64,000 nucleotides of DNA from Felis catus (Eukaryota), in NCBI RefSeq assembly GCF_018350175.1, contig NC_058368.1, forward strand, positions 221,776,001-221,840,000. Reading direction: 5' to 3'. This document shows positions 50,761 to 64,000 of this stretch, in pieces (positions within the stretch are counted from its first letter, which is position 1; every line of letters starts with the position of its first letter). The notes below the pieces were generated by a model. That model did not search any database and was not told the origin of the DNA. It saw only the letters and a list, made by a program, of their open reading frames with translations. The translations under genes were made by a program, and so were the position numbers.

Positions 50761-52265
50761 TGGTGTGTGGAAGGTTCGTTTTAACAAATCACCAGATCAT
50801 TAAAGTGTTCAGTCATAGATAAAATTTTAAGTTGCGCTTCTACGAAAATTATTAAGGAAGAAAGTGCCATTAATTCAAACATGGGAAGAGAAATTCATTA
50901 CAGAGCTTCTCAGAGTTTCTTAGACACTAGTGATTTTTTTTGATGAGCAAAGAAAATAAAATACATATCAAATGATACAGGATGGATTTATAGCATGTCT
51001 AAAAATATTACATATTATTAGACAAATAAAAAATCAGGGATTTCAGAAAATTCAAACCAGTGACTAATTCCTAAGATGAACACAAATGCAGAATCAAGCA
51101 GTTGATTTATTTATTTAATCAACATGGATTTCAACTTTGTAAACATTGTTATTAATGCTCACAGTTACTTCTTTATGTGATCATCTACAATAATTCCAAT
51201 ATAAATGATCCCATACAACTTTTCTTTAAAAAACTTTTACTTTTTAATTTGAGGCAGATTTCTGAGAAATGTTAGATTTTATAAGCATACAAATACACTA
51301 CACTCATATACTTTACTTTCAAGTGAACTGTACCCTATCTAGAAATGCACTTAACAAAACAGATAACTCCGAAGTGATGATATATTTTCTTAACAGTATA
51401 ATTATACAAGTGACTACTGAACTATTGAGACTATCTCTAGGAAAAAAAAATAAAATTTGCTTATAAGATCCACCCTGAAAATGTGGTCAATATCTAGCTG
51501 TATTTATGAAATATTTATGAATATATTTATATTATATTTGCAAAGTTGTAAAAGAATTCGCGCATGGGAAAAATGGGTAGAAATATGGATAGTATAGGCA
51601 AATTGTATTCAGTCCTATTCATTATTAAGTATTATTTCAAAAAATATGTAAGTGATAATCATGTAGTGGCAATTTGGCTCTTAGCATTTGCCGTTCACAT
51701 ACCTTCTTTGGTGCCACATAGTTGCACACTGTCCTTGTTTTCCATATCATGAACAATTGTTGAACCTCTTTTCATCCTCCCAGCACCCAGATCTCACTTG
51801 TGTCTCAACTTTGGGAAATATATTTGAATATTCACATAGTGTAATAATTTGCAGCATAGAATGCTTTGGGAAACAGCTATGTAATTTTTTTTTTTAAAGC
51901 TGGTGATGTCATAACCTTACTGGAAAAAAAATGAAGGCAACTTCTGGGTTTCTCCTAGCAACATGATTTACTATGCAGTGATGCATGACCCCTTGAAGAA
52001 GGTTAATATGGAAGATCACTTCTGGCTGACAACATGATTCTTGTCAGGAATCATTGACGTTTGTATCTGGTTAGAGCATCTAACTGCCTCTGCAAGCGGT
52101 CATAGATAGAAAGCCATGATGGCACAAAGAAAACTTGGGAAGGACAGGTCATTTCAAACCACATGACTGAGATGCTAAGCAAATATGTGAAATTGGTGAG
52201 TCTTACTTTTATCAAACTAATAAGCGTTTGGCCATTACTTCTCTGTTTTACTTTTGCTACCCCAC

Positions 52266-52643
52266 TGCAATAGTTTCTTAGGGCTGCCATGATGAAGTAC
52301 CACAGACTGGGTCGCTTAAACAACAGAATTTTATTTCCTTGTGGTTCTGGAAGCTGGAAGTCCAAGAACTAGGTGTTGGAAAAGATTTCTTCTAAAAGCC
52401 TCACTCCTTGGCTTGTAAATTTTCTTTCTCCTTGGCTTGGCCATTTTCTGTGTCTTCATATGGTCTGCCCTCTGTGCTAATTCCTCTTCTTTGAAAGACA
52501 CTGGTCATACTGAGCCCACTCACAGGGCCTTTTTTTACCTTAACTCTTAAATGCTCTGTCTCTAGATACAGTCATATCTTGAGGCACTGGTGATTAGGAT
52601 TTCAAAATATCAATTTTAGGCAGACACAATTCAGCCCCTAATG
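52266..52643 (-). mobile_element. MLT1A-like solo MaLR LTR
   Basis: tagtttcttagggctgccatgatgaagtaccacagactgggtcgcttaaacaacagaa...gacacaattcagcccctaa; about 380 bp full LTR. Confidence 0.85.
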
Positions 52644-53036
52644 GCCAATATATTTAAAAAATATATTTGATTTCCAGCAAATGAGCAAACAAATGGGAAG
52701 AAAATGATATAGAATGGAAATAATTTCAGGTACAGTAGGAAACCAGAGTGATATAGTGAAAAGAGGTCATTTGGCGCTCATAAACTGGGATTATAATGGG
52801 TTATCTTTTAGACTAATCAATACTTATAATATCTTCCTTTTAATTTTTAATAAGCAGTCCCTGGCCTTCATTTAGGAATTAATCAATGTAAAAAAAGGCT
52901 TAGAATTTACATGGAGAATTTTGGCCATTAGTAATAATCATACATAACTTTTTAATTACATTACATGTTTACCTTTACAAAAAATATATATGTACATATT
53001 ATATGTTACATCTGAATATAATGTGCATTTATTTTA

Positions 53037-53259
53037 TTTTTTTATTTTTTTTTCAACGTTTATTTATTTTTGGGACAGAGAGAGACAGAGCATGAACGGG
53101 GGAGGGGCAGAGAGAGAGGAAGACACAGAATCGGAAACAGGCTCCAGGCTCTGAGCCATCATCAGCCCAGAGCCCGACGCGGGGCTCGAGCTCCCGGACC
53201 GCGAGATCGTGACCTGGCTGTAGTCGGACGCTTAACCGACTGCGCCACCCAGGCGCCCC
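53037..53259 (-). mobile_element. Young felid Can-SINE
   Basis: CpG-rich body; TSD aat(g/a)tgcatttatttta at 53020-53036 and 53260-53276. Confidence 0.95.
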
Positions 53260-53887
53260 AATATGCATTTATTTTAAATGCAACCTTTGTACTAAAAAAG
53301 TATTAGATCAACACATAAGAATGAAACTGTGCTATACTAAATATAATTTAAAATTGCCCTGTACCAAATTCTATCACTAACTGGAAATGTACTATGGAGC
53401 AAACACCTTTGCCTCCATGTTTTATTCTCTTTGTAAAATTTATCTGTTGCCCTTGGTGTTATCTAGGTTTCTTATGAAATTTCTTGATACTTAAGTTCCA
53501 GCTACAATTCTAGGAAGTCTATTAAATTGTTTACATATTGATTACATCAATTTTTGAGAATCATAAAAATCTTTAAGATAGAATGAACAAAAATCTTTGA
53601 ACTATGGATTTGATTACTTACTTTGGCTTACCATGTACCACATCAGGAGAGCCAGGCAAACATTTCTTAAGACATAATGTCAAAATGCCTCAGCAAGACA
53701 ATGGTAGAGGTGTGCATAGAAAGAGAGAGAAAAAAATATTGGAGCCCAGACCGTGAGACAGAGAAGGAAAACAAGTGACAGGAAGAAAAGGTTGGAAGGG
53801 TGTGTCAGCCTTTGTCTTTAGGAGGAGGACATTTTCAAAATCCTCGGAAAAGTTTTAGTAACTTAAGGTATTAAAATGTGAATTCTT

Positions 53888-54066
53888 TGGGCACCTGGGT
53901 GGCTTGGTTGAGTGACTGATTCTTGATATCGGCTCAAGTCATGACCCCAGGGTAGTAGGGTTGGTCCCCGCCATGGGCTCCGTGCTGAGCTGGGAGACTG
54001 CTTAAGGTTCTCTTTCTCTTCCTCTGCTGCTTCCCAGCCCCTCTCAAGAATAAAATAAGATAAAGT
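53888..54066 (+). mobile_element. Older Can-SINE
   Basis: gggcacctgggtggct head; near-TSD aaaatgtgaattctt (53873-53887) / aaaatggaaattctt (54067-54081). Confidence 0.88.
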
Positions 54067-54299
54067 AAAATGGAAATTCTTAAGAGCAGGTGTAAAAATG
54101 CAAGCATATTTGAGGTGGGAACCAAAGTAAGACTAGGTGTGAAAAGAGTTACTAAGATGTCAGTAACATTAGTCTGCTTCCTAAGCAAAAAGAGTGGGAA
54201 GGAGATCATTTTACAAACTCATGTTTGAAAATTTCTCTTGACTCCTCTGCTAATTCATAGTCTACCTAGCTACACAATTGTCATTTAGATTTTAAAAAA

Positions 54300-54900
54300 T
54301 ATTTTGAAGATGTGTTCTATCATATTCTGGCATCCAACCAAGCTGATGAAAAATAAGGGTAAATGTATCACTCCCTCATTTTATGCAATATAAGTTTTTT
54401 CGTGATGATATTCAGACTTTTTTCTTTTCCTTTTTGTTATTAAATTTCACACCAACATGTCAAGGTGAGTCTTTTGTCATTCTCAAGACTAGACACCCAG
54501 AATGTTCTTTCAATATGGAGCCACAGATCCTTCAGTTTTTGGAGATTGTCTTGTATTAATTCTCTGATGCATTCCTACCCTGTGTTTTCTCTTGTTGACT
54601 CTTTGTGGGATGTTTAATAGTTGATTGGAGGCACTGGGTTTAAGAGTTAATTGCATTATTTTTTAATTATCACTTTCTTATACTTTATCCCATTTTCATG
54701 ATTATCTTTTCATCTTCGTCTTCCAGTTCTTTTTTTCCATTTTTTTTTATTTTCATCCTTCCAGTTCTATTGGTAAACTTTCTAGTGATTTTTTTTTTTT
54801 TTCTGATTTCAGCAGCTTGTTTCTGTGTTTTTCTGTTCTGTCTCTTTCCTGTTATTCTGCTCTTGTCTGTAGATAGTTTGTTTCTTTACTCTCTACAATA
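54300..54900 (-). mobile_element. Old L1 fragment (probably ORF1 region)
   Basis: T-rich antisense L1M-like motifs; strongly degenerate. Confidence 0.45.
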
Positions 54901-56414
54901 ATGTTAATTTTACTACTTTCTACAGTTTTTTTGTAAAGTTTTTCTCTGAAATATATGTATCAAATAGAGTAGGGAAAAAGAGAGACATAGACGGATATTT
55001 TAGTTTATTCTATTTTGATTCAGGTCTCATTCTAGTTTTTTGCCATATTTGATATGTCCAAGTCCTGACATATTTCAAGACTGTCATGAGAAGATAAGTT
55101 CTCAACTGTGCTACAACATTGGTTCTCTAGTGTGCAATTTTATACTCAGTTTCATTCATCACCATTTCATTAGCCATCCAATAGTTTGCCCAAAATGCTG
55201 ATCGGATAATAGACAATATGCCATTCTCTTTTATTGTGGCAATGCACACACACAAACATGCCCACAAATAATTACATATGTGTAATCTACAAATATTTTT
55301 TCTATAAATACTATATATATTATTTATAAATATGTATTTCCTTATCTTTAAATTATTTAATCATTATAACTTTTTGTCTCAGTATGAAAGGATCTTACAT
55401 ATATAAATGCAATCAGTCATATTAACCAAAAACTTTGAAAAGACAACTGATCATTTTTTTCTCTTATATTCATTGTTATAAAACAGATTTGGTTTATATA
55501 TGTATACATGCACACACATACACACAGAAACATATATGTAATTACATGGTTGATAATTCCAATTTGCAGTTAGTTTTGGACCTCCACTTAATTCCTTTAT
55601 TCAAGTCCCTTATATTTCTTAGTGTAATGGATTTTCATAAACAACCAGTCAGACTCATACATTTCTGAAAATGACTTAATCTTTAATAGGAGTTTAATTG
55701 TATTTTTTAAATTGCACTTTAAGATTAAAGAAATAGAAGGTAAGAGTGTCCAAACAACTTGTGCAAAACCAAAAAAATAGTAACCTAATGGGTGCAAACC
55801 TCTTCAATCATGAAGTTTAAGTAAATCTACTCTTGGTTTCTATTCTGGGGTTCTTTCCACTGTTTTTCCAACTCCTGTGCTGTTATATATTATATTTCAT
55901 CGATGAATGTAATTAACACAAGTTTTTGGGAATTCTGGACCATATTGAAAAATATTACTGTACTTCCTTACAAAGGAGAAAGAACCTAGGCATCATTGAT
56001 TCTCATGTCAATATCTTAAGAACCAGGGTTTTAAGACACAGTAGTATCCTACAATTCAGTAAAAATATTATACCATTGAAAATATTCATCTATCTTACCA
56101 AGAAACAATATATTTACAGCTATATCAATTTGCATTTATTTGTGAACATCCACATTATGGTCTGTGTACTATTCTGGCCTTAACTTTCCAAAACTGTTTG
56201 ATCCAATTATGTCTATTTTCCCTTCTTTTCACTTTTGTGTACCTTAGTCCTTATTATCACTTAAATTTCCAATTTTAAATTCAAGTTACCTATGCCTCTT
56301 CCAATCCATCATCCAGTGAACGTGGTATTTGCTTTGATTAAAAATTCCAATATGCTGTCCTTGAAAATTATCTGAGGCAATTAGCAGTCCTCCTTTTCTC
56401 CTCTGTCAACATTT

Positions 56415-56658
56415 TATTATTTTTTTTTGTAAATTATTTAAGGTTTATTCAACTTTGAGAGAGAGAGACAGAGACAGAGACAGAGACAGAGCATGAGGGG
56501 TGGAAGGGCAGAAAGAGAGGGAGATACAGAATCCAAACAAGGCTCCAGGCTCAGAGCTGTCGGCACGAGCCCAATGCAGGGCTTGAACCCCGGAACTGGG
56601 AGATCATGATCTGAGTAGAAGTCTGATGCTTAACAAGACTGAGCCACTCAGCGCACCT
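56415..56658 (-). mobile_element. Can-SINE
   Basis: (GAGACA)n tract, ggctccaggctcagagctgtc...gactgagccactcagcgcacc. Confidence 0.9.
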
Positions 56659-56911
56659 GCTGTGTCAGCATTAAAAAAATATATATGATAACAATATCAG
56701 AAAGAGCTGCTAATCACTGAACATATACTCTACCAAAATACATGCTACAAACATTTAATGCTCACAGTAGCTTCATGAGTTATTATTATCTTTATTTTAC
56801 ATGAATGTAAACTAAGCTTAGATTTTTATTTTTTATATAAATTATATAGATATAAATATTTGTTCTATTTTATTGATCTGTTCACACTATATATTCATAA
56901 TCCTCATTTCT

Positions 56912-57138
56912 TTTTTTCTTTTTTTTAAAATTTTTTTAACGTTTATTTATTTTTGAGACAGAGAGACAGAGCATGAATAGGGGAGGGGCAGAGAGAGAGG
57001 GAGACACAGAATCCGAAACAGGCTCCAGGCTCTGAGCTGTCAGCACAGAGCCCGACGCGGGGCTTGAACTCACAGACTGTGAGATCATGACCTGAGCCGA
57101 AGTCAGACGCTCAACGGACTGAGCCACCCAGGCGCCCC
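56912..57138 (-). mobile_element. Felid Can-SINE with perfect 16-bp TSD
   Basis: TSD cataatcctcatttct at 56896-56911 and 57139-57154. Confidence 0.95.
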
Positions 57139-57252
57139 CATAATCCTCATTTCTAATTCTCTTAACCTCTTCCTGATAAACTCTTTCATTACATCACTAT
57201 TTTACTGTTGAAATAACCTTTTTACAAAATAAACTTCTAAAATTACCAAGGC

Positions 57253-57407
57253 AGGAAGTACCTGGGTGACTCTGTCAGTTAGAGCCTGGAGCCTGCTTTG
57301 GATTCTGTGTCTCCCTCTCTGCCTGTCTCTGCCCCACTCATGCTGTGTCTTCCTGTCTCTCTGTCCTCAAAATTAAAACATTAGTTTTTAATGATAAAAT
57401 AAAATAT
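57253..57407 (+). mobile_element. Can-SINE with large internal deletion
   Basis: Head cctgggtgactctgtcagtt joined directly to agagcctggagcctg; TSD aattac(c/t)aaggc at 57241-57252 and 57408-57419. Confidence 0.85.
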
Positions 57408-59125
57408 AATTACTAAGGCCGTACAGAAAGCTCCCATGTACTCCACACCCAACCATACTAATAACATCTTATGTTAGTTTGGTGCATTTGTCATAATTAG
57501 TGATAATATTCACACTTTTTTATTGAAGTTCACACTTTAAGAGTGTTAAATTTTTGCCTAATGTACTTTTTCCTTTCCAGGATCCCATATTCCATCGCAC
57601 ATTACATGTAGTTATCAGGTCTCTTTAGGTTTTTCCTGGCTATGATAGTTTCTCGGACTTTTTCTTGTTTTGTTTTGTTTTTAATAAGTTTGAAGTCTTG
57701 AGAATTACTGGTCAGGTATTTTGTAGAATATTCCTCAATTGGTTTTTGTCTGATATTTTTCCCTCATGATTGGACTGGTTACATGAGTTGAGAGGAAAAC
57801 CACAGAGGTAAAGTTCCACTCTAATCGCATCATATCAAAAGAACACAGTATCAAAATGATTTACTACTGTTCATTTTAACCTCAATCACCTGTCTGAGGT
57901 GGTTTGTCAATTTCTTCAGTTTCAATTATTCATTTTTTTCCCAAATCCCATATTATACTCCTTGGAAGGAGGTCACTGTGTGCAGCCCACAGTTAAGAAA
58001 GTGCAAAGTTCTGCTCCACGTTTTGAGGGGGAAATTATCCACATAAAATATTTGGAGTTTTTCTGCATGGGATATTTGTGTGTACTTCATTTACTTGTTT
58101 CACTAGCAATACATAGGTGGATATAATGCTTTGGTTCATAGTCCCACATTACTTTATTTATAAAACGATTTCAGTTAGTGTCTGTGCCATTTACAAATCC
58201 TTATTACTGCTTACTTTTTGTTTTGGATTGTTTGTTTGTATGTCTTGAACACTTTTTTACTTTTTACCACTACAAACTTCAGGCTCATCTTGTATATTTC
58301 TTGCCCTTGATCTAGAATCAGCCTTTGCTCCAAAAACCTTGCTTCCTTTTGTTGCAAAATTATATTGCAGTCAAAGATGTGGATGTTAAGTTGCTCCTTG
58401 CTGCAGATGTGGATGTTAAGTTGCTCCTTGTGTATATATATATATATATATATATAGCCCTTATATATAGCCTATATGTATGCATATAAATGGCCTTCTC
58501 TCTCACTTATATGTAACTTTTTACTCCAGCACTGAAAAACGTGCTTTCCAACATTTGCTATTTATTTAATTAAGTGTTCAACTCCAATACATAGGTATAG
58601 TTTGCCAGAATTGATAACCCATGTTCTTGGTTATTAAAACAGAATTGTTAGAGTTATTTTACCTTTAGTCTTGTAGACCCTACTCATTTCCAGGGTGACT
58701 TGGGTCCCAACCTTTTCACCCCTACTATGTTCAGTAAGTTTATTCTATCCATTTGTTAAACAGATTATTTTGTCACACTCTTCATTCAATCTTTGGATCC
58801 TCTGTCTAAAACTATTTTGAAATTTTTCATATATTAAGGTTTATTTTTGCTGTAAAGTTCTATAGATTTTGACAAATACATGGTCTTTTGTATTCACCAT
58901 TACAAACCCATATAAAATAGCTTCACAAATTAAAAAAAAATCCCCTGTGCTTCTAAATACTTAACAGCTTCCTCCCTCCCTCCTGGAAGCCACTGATATG
59001 CATACTGTCTTTATAGTTTTGCCATTCCCAGACTACCACATAAATGTAATCATGCAATGTATAGCCTTTTCACACTGAGTTTTTCACTTAGCAACATGGA
59101 GTTAAGGCCCATCCCTGTCTTTGTG

Positions 59126-59127
<2 letters not shown>

Positions 59128-59172
<45 letters not shown>
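59128..59172. repeat. (TA)n microsatellite
   Basis: Read directly from sequence. Confidence 0.97.
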
Positions 59173-59177
<5 letters not shown>

Positions 59178-59820
59178 CTCATTTCCTTTTGTCTCTGAAT
59201 ATCACTCCATTTTATGGATGTACTACACTTTATTACCTACTGAGGGACATCTTGGTTGCCTCAAGTTTTTTTGCAATTATGAACAAAGCTGCTATAAATA
59301 TTTGTGTACAGGTTTTTGTATGAACATAAATTTTTCAAATCACTTGGGTAAATACCTAGGAGTTCAATTGTTGGGTTGCATAGTAAACGATATGCTTTTG
59401 AAAGAAGCTGCCAGAGTCTTTTCCAAAGAAGTTATGCTATTTTGCATTTCCCCCAGCAACGAATGAAATCTTCCCTGCTATTCATTCCTAACAATACTGG
59501 TATTAATTTAGATTTTAGCAATTCAATAAACTGGTATCCCATTTTTTAAATTTACATTTCCTAATGACAAATTATGTTTAGCATCTCTTTATACCTTTAT
59601 ATGCCATCCGAATCATTGGTCTTTTGTGGTAGGGTGTTTATTCTATTTTTTTTTTTTTTGGTCTAAATTTTTCATTGTTTCTATTTCTTTTCCTAGTGTT
59701 TGTTTTTAAGAGATCTTTGTGTATTTTGGATACAAATCCTTTATGAAATATACAAATATTTCTCTAGTCTGTGGATGGCTTTTTAATTCTCTTAAAACGT
59801 CTTTTACAGAGCACATTTAA

Positions 59821-60045
59821 ATTTTTTTTTAATTTTTTTCGACGTTTTTTATTTATTTTTGGGACAGAGAGAGACAGAGCATGAACGGGGGAGGGGCAGA
59901 GAGAGAGGGAGACACAGAATCGGAAACAAGCTCTAGGCTCCGAGCCATCAGCCCAGAGCCTGACGCAGGGCTCGAACTCACGGACCACAAGATCGTGACC
60001 TGGCTGATGTCGGAAGCTTAACCGACTGCGCCACCCAGGCGCCCC
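59821..60045 (-). mobile_element. Young felid Can-SINE inside L1
   Basis: TSD agagcacatttaa at 59808-59820 and 60048-60060. Confidence 0.95.
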
Positions 60046-60257
60046 TAAGAGCACATTTAATTTTAATAAAGTCTAATTCATTATTTTTTTCTTTCATGGG
60101 TGATGCTTTTGTCATCATATTCCAATGTCATCACCAAACCCAAGAGCGCTTAGATTTTCTCTTATGTTTCCTTTAAAAAGTTTAATTATTCTGCATTTTA
60201 ATTTTAGGTCTATAGTCAATTTTGAATAAATTTTCATAAAAGCTAGATTGTGTGTGT

Positions 60258-60259
<2 letters not shown>

Positions 60260-60302
<43 letters not shown>
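60260..60302. repeat. (TA)n microsatellite
   Basis: Read directly from sequence. Confidence 0.97.
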
Positions 60303-60304
<2 letters not shown>

Positions 60305-61230
60305 TATATTTAGAATATAGACTTTCAGTTGTTCCAGCACACCTTATTAAAAAGTCTATTCTCCAATGAACTGTGTTCACCCTTTGTCATAAATTAGATA
60401 ATTGTATTTGTGTGGGTATGATTATGGATTCTCTTTTCGGTTTCATTGATCTCTGTGTATACTTTTGCAAAGTTAAGCTTATTTGATGACTATTACTTAA
60501 TGTAAGTCTTGAAATCTTGGGGGTGTGAGTATTCAAACTCTGTTCTTCAGTGTTTACTATTCTAAGATTTTTCCTCCTTCTATGAACTTCAGAGCCAGTT
60601 TGTATCTACATCTAGCTCTCTGCGATTTTGATAGAAATTGCATAGAATCCATAGATCAAATTGGAAGAATTAACATCTTAACAATATTCAGTCTTCCAAT
60701 CCACGACACAGAATTTCTCTCTTTTAATTTAGATGTTCTTTGAGTTTTTCATGTTTTTGCAGTTTGCTGCATACATTTCTTGTACATAATTTATTAGTTT
60801 ATATCTAAATATTTATTTTCTGTGTTTTATAACTAGCACTTTTTAAAATTTAAAAGTCTCATTGTTACAGATATATAGGAAAGCAATTGAATTTTGTTTA
60901 AATTGAATGTGTATTCTGTAATCTTGCGATATTTGCTTATTGCTTCAGGAGTTTTTTCGTAGACGATATGGATTTTATACATAGACATGTCATATTCCAA
61001 TAAAGGCATTTTTATTTCTTCCTTTCCAATCAATATATTTTTTATTTTTATTATTTTATCTGCTAAGCATGTCACTGTGATGTTGAACAACAATGGTGAC
61101 AACAGACATTCTTCCCATGTTTCCGAACTTAGGGGTGTGGAACCATTGTGTAATGTCAGATAAGTATTTTTTAAAGATTTTTTTTTACCAAGTTGGGAAT
61201 ATTTCTTTTCATTCATGTTTGTTGAGATTT

Positions 61231-61712
61231 CATTTCATTTTATTTTATTTATTTTTTATTTTAGTTAACTAATTTTTTTATTTTATTTGTTTCAAGTTCT
61301 TATTTAAATTCTAGTTAATATATAGAATAATATTGGTTTCAGGAGTAGAATTTAGTGATTCATCACTTACATATAACACCGTTGCTCATCCCAACAAGTG
61401 CGCTCCTTTAATGCCCATCACACATTTAGCCCACCCCCACCCACCTTCCCTCCAGCAACCCTCTGTTTGTTCTCTGTAGTTAAGAGTATATTATGGTTTG
61501 CTTCCCTCTCTTGTTTTCAAACTTCCCTTATGCTCATTTGTTTTTTTATTTCACATATGAGTGAAATCATATGGTATTTGTCTTTCTTTGACTTACCTAT
61601 TTTGCTTAGCATAATACACTGTAGCTCCATCCACGTTGTTGCAAACGGCAAGATTTCACTCTTTTTGATGGTTGAGTAATATTACTATTCATATATGAAT
61701 ATATGAATTCAT

Positions 61713-61743
<31 letters not shown>

Positions 61744-61865
61744 CTACTTCATCCATTCATCAGTCAGTGTGCATTTGGGCTCTTTCCATAATTGGATTAT
61801 TGTTGATAATGCTTCTATAAACATTGGGGTGCATGTGTCCCCTCAAATCAGTATTTTTGTATCCC
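61231..61865 (-). mobile_element. Carnivore L1 3' end nested in the older L1
   Basis: Similar to the 13135-13863 element; near-TSD ttcatgtttgttgagattt (61212-61230) / ttcatatttgccgaaattt (61866-61884). Confidence 0.88.
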
Positions 61866-62423
61866 TTCATATTTGCCGAAATTTTAAAAATCATGAATGG
61901 CTGTTCGGTTTTGTCGATTTTTTTCTACATTAAATTTTCTTTATCAAATTACATTTATTTGTTAGCCTATTGATATGGTGCGTTATAATGATTAATTTTT
62001 GAATGTTGAAACAGCCTTGAAACTTAAATACATCATACATGTTTGTAGTAAATACGCATCATCCTAATATCAAAACCAAAATTGTCATTAAAATATAAGA
62101 AAAATACAAAATCTTAAATAAATGTTAGCATATAAAATTTAATTATACATAAATTATAATAGTCTTTTTTTCCCTTACTTTATGTCGTTTCTCGATTTGA
62201 TATTGGGGGTAATGTTGGACTCATAAAATAAATTATGTATTATTACTTCTTCATGTATATTCTGAGAAAAGATTGTGTACAATTGGTATTATTTTTTCCT
62301 TAGTTCTTTGATAGAATTCTCTTGTTGTTGTTGTAAGCTTCTTAATTATTAATTTAATTAACTTAATAGATACAGTGTTATCCCAGTTTTTTTCCCTTGT
62401 GTGCGTTTGGGTAGTTTGGGTAG

Positions 62424-62672
62424 AGTACAATTCTGAGAGAGAGGGAAAGACCATATTCACACAATTTCTATTACAGCATATTGTTAAAAATGTTTTTATT
62501 TTGGTATTGTTTTTGTTAGTCTCATACTGTGCTTCATTTATAAATTAAACTTTATTACAGGTATGCATATACAGAAAAAAAAACAGTTTTTATAGAGTTT
62601 GGAACCATCTGCCGTTTTAGGCATCCCTTGGGGGTCTTAGAACATATCCCCCATGGGAGGGGAGGCTATTGT
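62424..62672 (-). mobile_element. MER44 (Tigger7-family) fragment
   Basis: Reverse complement of the 44150 element's 5' part (ttttaggcatcccttgggggtcttagaacatatccccc). Confidence 0.75.
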
Positions 62673-62894
62673 ATCCATTTTACCATTTTGATATCTATGT
62701 ATCTGTAGTGATGAACCCCCTCCTCTCCTTTCTGATATTTTCCATTTGTAGCTTCTCACTTTTTTCCCCCTGATTAGTCTGGTTAGAATTTTGTCAATTT
62801 TATTGATCTTTTCAAAGAACTAGGCTTGTTTTTTTGTGGGGTGTTTTTATTCTCTATTTCTACTTTTAAATGTCATTGACTTGTGTTCTATTTT

Positions 62895-63025
62895 GAAAAT
62901 TTTGATTCAGTATAATTAACTTACAGAGTTTCATGTGTATAAGGTAGTGATTCAACATTTCTATACATTACTCAGTGCTCAGCACAATAAGTGTACTCTT
63001 AATTCTCATCACCTATTTCATTGAT
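62895..63025 (-). mobile_element. Short carnivore L1 3' terminus
   Basis: agtgattcaacatttctatacattactcagtgctcagcacaataagtgtactcttaat. Confidence 0.65.
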
Positions 63026-63918
63026 TCTTGTCTTTCACTTATTTTAAGCCTAAATAATATTTTTCCATAGCTCTCTAAGAGAAAGCTTTAGTTTTTTTTT
63101 GGATCATTTCCCTTTCTAATATATACATTTAATATATTTCTCTCTACACACTATTTTCACTATGTCTCTTAAATTTTGATAAGTGGCATTTTTGTTTTCC
63201 TTTAGTCCAAAATATATATTTAATTTTTCCTAAAACGTCTTCAATACATGTGCTACTTACAAATGTTGCTTAACTTCCAAACATCTGAGGATATTTACAT
63301 TTATATTTCTATGACAGATATATTTCAATTACATTGATGTTCAGCTGAGAACATTTTCATGATTAAAAAAAATGATTAATGTGTGTAATACAGATTTTAA
63401 AAAAATGACTGAAGTGTGTATTACAGCCCAGAATGAGGTCTATACTGGTGACTGTTCCATGCGACCTTAGAGTAATGTGTATTTTACTGTATCTGGATGG
63501 AATATTCTATAAATGTCAATTAGAGAGTGTTGATTAATAGTAATGCTGAAGTCATTTATATCTCTACTGATTTTCTTCCTGCTTTATCTAACATTAATGA
63601 AAAATGAAATGCTGAAGTCTCTGATAAAAAGAGTAGATTTTATTCTATTTTTCCTTTAATTTCCATTAGTTTTTGCCTCATGTCCATATTTAGTATTATA
63701 GATTCTCTCAGAGAGTTAACTCTTTTTTCAATGCTGGGTAAATCCCTTCTACGTCTCTGCTAATCTTCTTTGTTTAGAAGTATACTATGTCCAATATTGA
63801 GATAGTTACTCCAGCATTCTTTTGATTAGTATTAGCATGGCATATCTATCCCTATCCCTTTACCATTTCCCTCTTATCATCTTGGTTTAAAGTAGTTTCC
63901 TTGTATATAACAAAAATA

Positions 63919-63921
<3 letters not shown>

Positions 63922-63955
<34 letters not shown>
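63922..63955. repeat. (TG)n microsatellite
   Basis: Read directly from sequence. Confidence 0.97.
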
Positions 63956-63957
<2 letters not shown>

Positions 63958-64000
63958 AATCCTCTCTGATAATGGCTAGCCTTTAGTATGTTTAGAACGT

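Larger units (their letters stand above)
57420..63960 (-). mobile_element. Long old L1 (L1MC-like 3' UTR plus degenerate ORF2), fragmented by younger insertions
   Basis: Continuous antisense L1 motifs; ORF-track peptide ...ECLLSPLLFNI...LIGKEEIKMPLLEYDMSMY (61216-60833) is degenerate RT domain. Confidence 0.8.

Noticed and set aside
7193..60054. Recurring 60-100 aa ORFs such as WGAWVAQSV...SGSVLTAQSLEPASDSVSPSLSAPP that look like a gene family or repeat array
   Set aside because: They are chance translations of Can-SINE copies with TSDs and A tails; they are dispersed, not a CRISPR array and not genes

Overview
Mammalian (cat-family) genomic DNA; the felid assignment rests on the abundant Felidae-type tRNA-derived Can-SINEs and carnivore L1 3' ends. 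The window holds the last six coding exons of the type II cadherin CDH12 on the + strand: 2843-3096, 20232-20368, 37009-37130, 41469-41586, 46315-46566 and 49326-49825. All have GT-AG boundaries, and they join in phase into 1383 nt = 460 aa + stop, ending ...[16 protein letters not shown]-rich 3' UTR and about 13 kb of repeat-rich downstream DNA follow. The introns are filled with SINEs, L1, L2, MIR, MaLR LTRs and Tigger-family DNA transposons. The main feature not visible in the ORF track is an apparently full-length, disabled makorin-family (C3H - RING - C3H) retrocopy, antisense in an intron (about 28346-29885). It is split by a SINE, its poly(A) tail runs into a purine microsatellite, and its parent looks unlike MKRN1. 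Smaller structures include a twin-primed micro-L1, a 12-bp inverted triplication, two palindromic CA/TG microsatellites, an old local duplication, and inverted SINEs flanking an exon. No prokaryotic-type systems (CRISPR, operons) are present. Repeat subfamily names come from recalled consensus sequences and need RepeatMasker confirmation.
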